The translations under genes were made by a program, and so were the position numbers. The notes beneath the pieces were generated by a model. It was not told where the DNA came from and searched no databases. It worked only from the letters and a program-made list of their open reading frames with translations. Of a stretch of 64,000 nt of DNA, positions 56,646 through 63,589 are shown piece after piece. The stretch is from the NCBI GenBank assembly GCA_050008715.1, contig JBEKMC010000012.1, positions 5,834 to 69,833 of the forward strand, in the 5' to 3' direction. Positions within the stretch are counted from its first letter, which is position 1. Each line of letters starts with the position of its first letter. This stretch comes from Acidimicrobiales bacterium (GTDB taxonomy: Bacteria; Actinomycetota; Acidimicrobiia; Acidimicrobiales; Bog-793).

Positions 56646-57038
56646 ATGATCGAGTTCCAGCTGGACACTGCCTCGGGTGTCGCCACGTACCTGCAACTCG
56701 TCCAACAAGTCCATCAGGCGTTGCGGCTCGGATTGCTCGAGCCCGGCGACCAGCTGCCGACCGCCCAGCAGGTGGTCTCCCGGTTGGCGATCAACCCGAA
56801 CACCGTGCTCAAGGCGTACCGCGATCTCGAGCGCGAGGGCCTCGTGCGCGCCCGACCGGGGCAGGGGACCTTCGTCGTGGGCTCCCTCCCCCGCACCGAT
56901 CCGAAGACCCAGGCTCGGCTGCTCGCCTCGATGAGCACGTGGCTGGAGTCGGCCCGAGCCGCCGGCCTTGGCCCCGACGACATCGAAGCGATCTACCGCA
57001 ACGCCTTCCGCAACGCCTTTGCAGAGGGTGTGGCATGA
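56646..57038 (+). CDS. GntR-family regulator, YtrA subfamily
   Basis: 'LPTAQQVVSRLAINPNTVLKAYRDLEREGLV'. Short C-terminal domain. Followed by an ABC ATPase and permease, as in ytrA-type operons. Confidence 0.85.
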   Translation: MIEFQLDTASGVATYLQLVQQVHQALRLGLLEPGDQLPTAQQVVSRLAINPNTVLKAYRDLEREGLVRARPGQGTFVVGSLPRTDPKTQARLLASMSTWLESARAAGLGPDDIEAIYRNAFRNAFAEGVA

Positions 57039-57931
57039 CCGCCGTTCTCGAGACACAAGCGCTCGGCAAGCAGTACGGCCGGCGCTGGGCGCTGCAGGAC
57101 TGCACCTTGACCGTGCCGGAGGGAAAGGTCGTCGGCCTCGTCGGCCCGAACGGCGCCGGCAAGACCACGCTCCTGCACTTGGCCGTGGGCTTGTTGGCGC
57201 CGACAGCCGGCACCATCGAGGTTCTCGGTGGCCGTGCCGGCGACGACGCGCGGCAGCTCTCACGAGTCGGGTTCGTCGCCCAGGAGACGCCCGTCTACAC
57301 CGGGCTCTCCGTTGCCAAGCACCTCCGCATGGGGGCTTTCCTCAACCCGAGTTGGGACCGCAAGCTGGCCGAGCATCGGGTGGAGCAGCTCGGGCTCGAC
57401 CCACGCCAGAAAGCGGGATCGCTCTCGGGGGGCCAGCGTGCCCAGCTGGCCCTCACCATGGCGACGGCGAAACGTCCCGAGCTCCTCGTACTCGACGAAC
57501 CCGTGGCCAGCTTGGATCCCCTCGCCCGACGAGAGTTCCTGCAAGGGCTCATGGAAGTCGTCGCCAACGACGAGGTCAGTGTCGTGCTGTCGTCGCATCT
57601 GGTCGCCGACCTCGAGCGCGTCTGTGACTACCTCGTCATCCTCGTGTCCTCGCACGTGCAGCTGGCGGGAGACGTCAGCGACTTGCTGGCGACACACCGC
57701 CGCCTCTCCGGCCCGCGCCGCCATCCTGACAGCCTCCCGTCGGGTATGGACGTGATCGAGGAGAGCCACACCGACCGGCAGAGCACGCTCGTCGTCCGCA
57801 CCGACGGGCCGATCTTCGACCCGGCCTGGACCGTCCAACCGCTCACTTTGGAGGATCTCGTGCTCGCCTACATGAGCCGGGCGCGCGACGCCCGACCCAC
57901 CCGACGACAGAAGCTGGGGGTCCTCCGATGA
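57035..57931 (+). CDS. ABC transporter ATP-binding protein
   Basis: ATGA overlap. 'GPNGAGKTT', 'LSGGQRAQ', 'LLVLDEP'. Confidence 0.9.
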   Translation: MTAVLETQALGKQYGRRWALQDCTLTVPEGKVVGLVGPNGAGKTTLLHLAVGLLAPTAGTIEVLGGRAGDDARQLSRVGFVAQETPVYTGLSVAKHLRMGAFLNPSWDRKLAEHRVEQLGLDPRQKAGSLSGGQRAQLALTMATAKRPELLVLDEPVASLDPLARREFLQGLMEVVANDEVSVVLSSHLVADLERVCDYLVILVSSHVQLAGDVSDLLATHRRLSGPRRHPDSLPSGMDVIEESHTDRQSTLVVRTDGPIFDPAWTVQPLTLEDLVLAYMSRARDARPTRRQKLGVLR

Positions 57932-58962
57932 TCCGCTTCGCTTGGATGCAGTCGCGCGCGCAGGCCGCAGTGGCGCTCGGCGCGCTGGTCGTCGTGGCCG
58001 TCGTGTTGGCCGTCACCGGCCCGCATCTGGTTCACCTGTACGACGCGACCGTCGCCAACTGCCAGGCGCGGGGCGACTGCCAGACCGCCACCAACGACTT
58101 CCTCAAGGCGTACGACTCGCCCGCCAACGCCCTCGGCATCATCGTCATCGTCGTGCCCGGCGTCTTGGGGCTCTTCTGGGGTGCCCCCCTCGTCGCCAGA
58201 GAGCTCGAGACCGGTTCCTACCGCCTGGCGTGGACCCAGAGCGTCAGCCGGAAGCGCTGGCTGGCCGTCAAGCTGGGCGTCGTCGGGCTCGCCGCCATGG
58301 CAGTCGCCGGGCTCCTCAGCCTGATGGCGACGTGGTGGTCGAGCCCCATCGACCGGGTCAACCTGAACCTGTTCGGAGTGTTCGACCAGCGCGACCTCGC
58401 CCCCGTCGGGTATGCGGCCTTCGCCTTCGTGCTGGGCGTCACCGCCGGCGTGATCATCCGGCGGACGCTTCCGGCGATGGCAACCACGTTGGTCGTCTTC
58501 GTCGGGTGGAGGCTGGCGTTCAACCACTGGGTGCGGCCACACCTCATCACCCCGGTCGTTCGCAACTACCCCCTCGTCATCGACGGTTACGGGTCGTCGA
58601 ACGGCGGTCCGTTCACGCTGATTCCGAATCCGCCGGCGCTTCCGAATGCATGGACGATCTCCGTCCTGATCCAGAACAAGGCCGGCCAGGGCCTCACCAG
58701 CCAGTACCTCGCGAAAATCTGCCCGAGTCTCGGATCACCAGTCGTCAACGGCGGACCAGGGCCTGCGCCCGCGCCGCCGAGTGCCGTGAACAGCCTGCAG
58801 GTCTGCCAGGCGAAGCTCACCGGAATGTTCCACGAGGTGGCGACGTACCAGCCGGCAAACCGCTACTGGACGTTCCAGTGGTACGAGCTGGCGATCTACG
58901 TGGCCGTCGCGCTCGTGCTGTCGGCGCTGTGCGTGTGGTGGGTGCGCCGCCGGCTCGCCTGA
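57928..58962 (+). CDS. ABC-2-type transporter permease with large extracytoplasmic insert
   Basis: ATGA overlap. N- and C-terminal TM helices. Cys-containing loops ('NCQARGDCQ', 'KICPS', 'LQVCQ'). Confidence 0.7.
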   Translation: MIRFAWMQSRAQAAVALGALVVVAVVLAVTGPHLVHLYDATVANCQARGDCQTATNDFLKAYDSPANALGIIVIVVPGVLGLFWGAPLVARELETGSYRLAWTQSVSRKRWLAVKLGVVGLAAMAVAGLLSLMATWWSSPIDRVNLNLFGVFDQRDLAPVGYAAFAFVLGVTAGVIIRRTLPAMATTLVVFVGWRLAFNHWVRPHLITPVVRNYPLVIDGYGSSNGGPFTLIPNPPALPNAWTISVLIQNKAGQGLTSQYLAKICPSLGSPVVNGGPGPAPAPPSAVNSLQVCQAKLTGMFHEVATYQPANRYWTFQWYELAIYVAVALVLSALCVWWVRRRLA

Positions 58963-59018
58963 CGGCCGGCGGCCGGCGGCCGGCGGTGGGCGGTCGGCGG
59001 TCGGCGGTCGGCGGTCGG
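58963..59018. repeat. Heptamer microsatellite (CGGCCGG)3-(CGGTGGG)-(CGGTCGG)4
   Basis: Read directly. It occupies essentially the whole 62-bp convergent intergenic space. Confidence 0.95.
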
Positions 59019-59024
59019 CGCCGC

Positions 59025-59444
59025 CTAGTTCCCGAGAAGGCGCCCGAGGGCCTCTCGCGCTGAGGCGTTGTCGGCGGCGAGGGCCGCGAGATAGACCGCG
59101 AGCGCCTGCACCCACTCGGAGACGGGGACTTCCTTGCGGCTGATGGTCACCCCGCGGACGTCTTGCGCGATCGTCGCCACGAGCCGGCCGCGGTGAGCTA
59201 CGAGCTCGAGGGTCTTGTCACCGAGGTGAAGCCGGATGGCCGTGGCCGTGCCGGGTCGTCCCGCCACCCGGTCGGACATCGTCCGCTGGCGGTCGACCTC
59301 GACGAGCCCCTCCGGCAGGAGGTCGCCGATGGACGCCGACAGGACACGGTGGTAGGAGTCGAGATCAGACGTTTCGGCGCGAAGGACGGCCGCCAACTGC
59401 TCGACGTCGGGGAGCTGTGGCTCTGGCGACTCGGTCAACGACAT
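59025..59444 (-). CDS. Hypothetical protein, third gene of the YbjQ operon
   Basis: 139-aa ORF 15 nt downstream of the preceding gene. No motif recognised. Confidence 0.45.
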   Translation of the reverse strand: MSLTESPEPQLPDVEQLAAVLRAETSDLDSYHRVLSASIGDLLPEGLVEVDRQRTMSDRVAGRPGTATAIRLHLGDKTLELVAHRGRLVATIAQDVRGVTISRKEVPVSEWVQALAVYLAALAADNASAREALGRLLGN

Positions 59445-59459
59445 ACGTGGCGGCTCGTC

Positions 59460-60278
59460 TCAGTCCGTCAGCGGCAGCACGAGTTGCGGCTTGGCGATGA
59501 TGTGGTCGGCCCGCAACGGCCGTACCGCCGTGCCGACGGCGAAGAACTCGGTCGTGTGGCCGCCCCACTTGTGCGCCAACGACAGCAGTTGGACGCCGAC
59601 GATGCCTTCGGCTTTCAGCGCCTCACCTTCAGCTTGCATGCGGCTCATGGCGAGCTCCCGGGCGTCATAGAGCGCCTCGGTATACGTCGGTATCTCGACG
59701 TTCTTGCCGACGTTGCCCATGGCTCGCAGCGTCCCCTGGTGGGCGATGTGGTACACGCAGCTGCCCATGACCATGCCGAGGGGCGCATAGCCGGCCTGCA
59801 CGAGGGTCCAGAAGTCCTGCCCCGACAAATCCGACGTGAACGGCTGTCCCTGGTTGTTCTTCCAGTTGCCCGGTTCGTCGGCCTTCACCGCCGTGCCGAT
59901 GGCGATGAATTCGGCGAGGTCGTTGCCGAATTCCTTGAACTCGATGTCGAGCCGGACGCCGACGATCCCGTCAGCGCCCAGAGCGGCCGCCTCCGCCTCC
60001 ATTCGTGTCATGGCGAGCTCACGAGCGTGGTACATGGCCTGTGACAGCGTGTCGAGCTCCATGTTCTTCGACCAGCGGCCGATCTGGATGCCGACGTGGT
60101 AGATGCTCGAGCCGAGCACGAGCCCCACCGGTCGGAAACCCGCCTCCCTCACCAACAAGAACTCGTTCACCGTCAGGTCGGACGTGAAGAGCGCCCCGGG
60201 TTGCCCCGGCTTCATCTCCGCCAGGCGCTTCATCGCATCTTCGGGGATGCCCAGGTCGGTCGCTTGGATCTCGGTCAT
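59460..60278 (-). CDS. Tandem double YbjQ/DUF74 ('heavy-metal-binding') domain protein
   Basis: Two internal repeats, each with '...ARELAM(T/S)RM(E/Q)AE..ALGA(D/E)GIVGV.L...F.A(I/V)GTAV'. ATGA overlap with the upstream paralogue. Confidence 0.75.
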   Translation of the reverse strand: MTEIQATDLGIPEDAMKRLAEMKPGQPGALFTSDLTVNEFLLVREAGFRPVGLVLGSSIYHVGIQIGRWSKNMELDTLSQAMYHARELAMTRMEAEAAALGADGIVGVRLDIEFKEFGNDLAEFIAIGTAVKADEPGNWKNNQGQPFTSDLSGQDFWTLVQAGYAPLGMVMGSCVYHIAHQGTLRAMGNVGKNVEIPTYTEALYDARELAMSRMQAEGEALKAEGIVGVQLLSLAHKWGGHTTEFFAVGTAVRPLRADHIIAKPQLVLPLTD

Positions 60279-61222
60279 GTTTTCCTTCCAGGAAGAACGT
60301 GTCGATCGGAGAGAGACAAGATCTTGAGGCTCGACGTCGGTGCTGCCGCCCCTTGATGGAATCGGGCGACGGCCGTCCCTTCCACGAAGGACAGGGCGAC
60401 GTGGTCGCGATGGCCCTCCCCCGGCTCGATCTCCCAGATGTCGAGCTTCATCGCCGACATGATCGCCCCGTCGGCACCGTAGGCCGCCGTCCGGCGGGCG
60501 AACTGCTGGCGGGCATCACTGCGGACGTGGTTGACGAGATCGGTGTAGCCGGACACCTCCGTGTTGCCGCCCCAGGTCCGCGCCTGCTGGATCGTGGTCC
60601 AGTCGTCGTGGCGGATGGCGAGCGAGATGCCGATCGTGATGGCAGCGGGCGCCCAGCCGCCGTGCAGCAACTTGGCGACGTCGTGGGCGGGCAACATCGT
60701 CGAGAACAGGTTGGCGGGACGGGTCTTGCCGTGTGCGCGCACGGCCGTTCCGTAGGCGATGAATTCCCGGTTGTCCTGGCCGAGCCGCCGCTGCTCGAGG
60801 CGGACGCCGACGACGCCGTCACCGTGCAGGTCGCGACACTCCAGCAACATTCGGAGCACGGCAGTGTCGTAGCCGTGGTAGAGGGCGTCGACATACGGTG
60901 CGAAGCCGGCGAGACCGCCGCCGGAGCTCGTACGCACCCCTGGGGTGTTGCCGTACCCGCGGTTGCCGCCGGCGGACCAGGCGGTGCCCCCACCGAAGGC
61001 CATGCCTCCGGCTTGGTAGTAACCGCACCCGCCGTAGCCCGTGAAACCGATGTGCTGGACGATGCAGCCCATCACCTCGCCGACAACCGAGAAACCGCAC
61101 GCCTCGAGCGCCGCCTGCCCCGAGATCCCGAAGAGGCTCGCGGACGGACCACCGGCTCTCTCGCGCTCCATTCTCGCCTGAGCAGCTGGCGGCAGACCCT
61201 GCCCGTTCCATTCCGTGGTCAT
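60275..61222 (-). CDS. Divergent double YbjQ/DUF74 domain protein with Gly/Tyr-rich insert
   Basis: 'GDGVVGVRLEQR...FIAYGTAVR' and 'ADGAIMSAMKLD...FVEGTAVAR'. Insert 'GFTGYGGCGYYQAGGMAFGGGTAWSAGGNRGYGN'. Confidence 0.65.
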   Translation of the reverse strand: MTTEWNGQGLPPAAQARMERERAGGPSASLFGISGQAALEACGFSVVGEVMGCIVQHIGFTGYGGCGYYQAGGMAFGGGTAWSAGGNRGYGNTPGVRTSSGGGLAGFAPYVDALYHGYDTAVLRMLLECRDLHGDGVVGVRLEQRRLGQDNREFIAYGTAVRAHGKTRPANLFSTMLPAHDVAKLLHGGWAPAAITIGISLAIRHDDWTTIQQARTWGGNTEVSGYTDLVNHVRSDARQQFARRTAAYGADGAIMSAMKLDIWEIEPGEGHRDHVALSFVEGTAVARFHQGAAAPTSSLKILSLSDRHVLPGRKT

Positions 61223-61332
61223 CGAGCCTCCGGGTGTGACCTGCTCAGGAACCTAGCACCGGCTCCGCTTCGGCTGTCCGTCGCTGCCGGCCGTCGCAGG
61301 CCGGCCACGTCGGCACGCGGATACTTGCCGCC

Positions 61333-61393
61333 GCAACTTCGTGCACGAGCTCACCGTACAGGGGTCTCTCCGGTCGCTCTCCGCACGAGGTTC
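61333..61393 (+). repeat. Copy B of the ~60-nt structured element, 29 nt upstream of bioB
   Basis: GCAACTTCGTGCAC...ACCGTACAGGGG...CCGGT...GCACGAGGTTC. The outer 10-bp helix AACTTCGTGC/GCACGAGGTT has one G-U pair. Confidence 0.6.
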
Positions 61394-61421
61394 GGGCGCG
61401 GGCGCGCACTAGCGTGACGCC

Positions 61422-62432
61422 GTGACGCCTGCCGAGACACGAACCGTGCTCCAGTCCGCCGCCGCGGCGCTCCTCGACGAGCGCCGGCGACTCCGAGCGG
61501 ACGAGCTGGCGGAGCTGGCGGAGGTGCCGGACCAGGCCGTCCCGAGCCTCGCGGCGCTCGCCCACGAGGTGCGACTCGGGTGGTGTGGGGACGGTGTGGA
61601 GGTCGAGGGCATCCTGTCGGCCAAGACCGGCGGCTGCCCCGAGGACTGCCAGTTCTGCGCCCAATCGTCCCGCTTCGACACGCCGGTGCAGGCGACGCCT
61701 TTCCTCGACACCGAGGAGGTGCTCCAGGCCGCGCGGGAGACGGCACGTTTCGGCGCCACGGAGTTCTGCATCGTGCTCGCGGTCCGTGGACCGGACGAGC
61801 GCACCCTGCGACGCATCCTCGAGCTCGTGCCGCTCGTACGCGCCGAGACGGGCCTCCAGGTGGCGATATCGGCCGGCATCCTCGACGAATCGCAGGCCGA
61901 GCGCCTGGCGTCCGGCGGTGTCCATCGCTACAACCACAACCTCGAGACGGCTCGCAGCTTCTTCCCCTCCATCGTCACGACCCACACCTGGGAGGAACGT
62001 TGGGAGACGTGCCGGCGCGTGCAGCACGCTGGCATGGAGCTGTGCTGCGGCGTGCTGCTCGGCATGGGCGAGACGGTGGCTCAGCGACTCGAGCTGCTCG
62101 GCCAGCTAGCCGATCTGGAGCCGTGCGAGGTGCCGATGAATTTCCTCGATCCTCGACCGGGGACGCCGCTCGCGATCCGAAAGCTCGTGAGCCCGCTCGA
62201 GGCGATCCGATGGATCGCCCTGTTCCGCCTCGGCCTACCGGCCGTGATCCTGCGATACGCCGGCGGCCGGGAGGTCACGCTGAGGGAGCTGCAGGCAATG
62301 GGCATGACGTCGGGCATCAACGCTCTCATCGTCGGGAACTACCTGACGACACTCGGGCGGTCGCCCACCGCCGACCTCGCCATGCTCGCCGACCTCAAGA
62401 TGCCGGTCTCGGCGCTTTCGGCCGCCCTGTGA
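61422..62432 (+). CDS. bioB: Biotin synthase
   Basis: GTG start. Radical-SAM motif 'CPEDCQFC', 'YNHNLET', 'CCGVLLGMGE'. Confidence 0.95.
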   Translation: MTPAETRTVLQSAAAALLDERRRLRADELAELAEVPDQAVPSLAALAHEVRLGWCGDGVEVEGILSAKTGGCPEDCQFCAQSSRFDTPVQATPFLDTEEVLQAARETARFGATEFCIVLAVRGPDERTLRRILELVPLVRAETGLQVAISAGILDESQAERLASGGVHRYNHNLETARSFFPSIVTTHTWEERWETCRRVQHAGMELCCGVLLGMGETVAQRLELLGQLADLEPCEVPMNFLDPRPGTPLAIRKLVSPLEAIRWIALFRLGLPAVILRYAGGREVTLRELQAMGMTSGINALIVGNYLTTLGRSPTADLAMLADLKMPVSALSAAL

Positions 62433-62650
62433 GCCGGCGACCCTGTGAGCCGGCGGCCCATTGCACCGGTTGCGGGCGGCCGTCGGCCGAGTGCCCGACC
62501 GGAGGTGGCTGCACGACGCCGTTCGAGCCGCCTCGTCACTGCCCCGAGTGCGGCCGCCGCCTCGCAGTGAGAGTGGCACCCACGACCTGGGTGGCACGAT
62601 GTCGCCAACACGGTGAGCTCCCGGTGGGGAGCACCGGACCGGCCCGCTGA
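62429..62650 (+). CDS. bsaP: Biotin synthase auxiliary protein (BsaP-like small Cys-rich protein)
   Basis: GTGA overlap with the bioB stop. 73 aa. 'CTGCG...PPRHCPECGRRLAVRVAPTTWVARCRQHG' resembles the small protein encoded after mycobacterial bioB as I recall it. Confidence 0.65.
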   Translation: MSRRPCEPAAHCTGCGRPSAECPTGGGCTTPFEPPRHCPECGRRLAVRVAPTTWVARCRQHGELPVGSTGPAR

Positions 62651-62728
62651 GCCGGCGCCCGACACCACGGCCCGAGGGCCGGAGCCCCGAGCGGACGCCC
62701 GAACCCGACGATCGAGAGGAGCACCGAA

Positions 62729-63412
62729 GTGGAGCTGTCAGAAGTCATGCGAACCACGGCGGCCTGCCGGGAGTTCACCTCCGAGCCCGTTGCCCCCGAG
62801 ACGCTGCAGCGAGTCCTCGACACGGCGCGCTTCGCCCCGAGTGGCGGCAACCGCCAGCCCTGGCGGGTCGTGCGCATCGAGAGCCCGTCCATCCGCCAGG
62901 AGATCGCCCACCTCTACTCGCTCAGCTGGCGGGAGTATTGGGCACACGTGGAGCGTGGGCTCGTCCCCTTCGCTCCCGGCGACGACGGGCGCTGGGACGG
63001 GCCGGCCGTCGATCTCGAAGTCGCCCGGGAGCGACCGGCGCCGGACGCCTTCGGTGACCAGCTGGCGTCGCTACCGGTCATGCTCGTCCTCCTCGCCCAT
63101 CTCGGGTCGCTGGCCGTGACGGACAACGGGCTCGGGCGCCAGAGCATCGTCGGTGGCGCCTCCGTCTACCCCTTCGGGCACAACGTCCTGCTCGCCGCCC
63201 GCGCCGAGGGCCTCGGCGGCGTAATGACCACGGTGCTGTGCCGGCAGGAAGAGGCGGTGAAGGAGCTCCTCGGCGTGCCCACGGCCTTCGCCGTCGCAGC
63301 CCTCATCGTTCTCGGACATCCCGTCAGACAGGTGACACGACTGCGCCGGTGGCCCGTCGAGCGCTTCACGTTCGTGGACCGTTTCGACGAGCCAGCCCTC
63401 GGGGATGCCTGA
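62729..63412 (+). CDS. Nitroreductase-family (FMN) protein
   Basis: GTG start. 'RFAPSGGNRQPW' and 'GGASVYPFGHNVLLAARAEGLGG'. Confidence 0.85.
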   Translation: MELSEVMRTTAACREFTSEPVAPETLQRVLDTARFAPSGGNRQPWRVVRIESPSIRQEIAHLYSLSWREYWAHVERGLVPFAPGDDGRWDGPAVDLEVARERPAPDAFGDQLASLPVMLVLLAHLGSLAVTDNGLGRQSIVGGASVYPFGHNVLLAARAEGLGGVMTTVLCRQEEAVKELLGVPTAFAVAALIVLGHPVRQVTRLRRWPVERFTFVDRFDEPALGDA

Positions 63413-63468
63413 CGCGAGAGGCTCGGGTGTGGACGAACCTGGGGACGAGAGGTGGAAAGTGAACTTTT

Positions 63469-63510
63469 CCTGTCGACAACCCTCGGATTGCTGTCGATAA
63501 CCTCCGAATT
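63469..63510 (+). repeat. 21-bp direct repeat x2 (CCTGTCGACAACCCTCGGATT / GCTGTCGATAACCTCCGAATT)
   Basis: 16/21 identical and exactly adjacent (two helical turns), 14 nt upstream of the -35 hexamer. Confidence 0.7.
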
Positions 63511-63523
63511 AGCCCAAGTCCGG

Positions 63524-63552
63524 TTGACGCCGATGGGGTTCTGCAGCAGAGT
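63524..63552 (+). promoter_or_regulatory. Putative promoter TTGACG-N17-CAGAGT
   Basis: Hexamers and spacer read directly. The -10 keeps the A2/T6 of the actinobacterial TANNNT. The predicted TSS is ~63559. Confidence 0.4.
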
Positions 63553-63589
63553 GTGCCTCGCCAAGGACGGAGACGCCGAAGCGCCGGAA

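Noticed and set aside
63551-63560. GTGTG at the predicted transcript start resembling a group II intron 5' end (GUGYG), together with many GNRA loops
   Set aside because: No domain V/VI-like sequence, no reverse-transcriptase ORF and no exon-binding context are visible. Repeated near-identical modules are not a group II intron feature.
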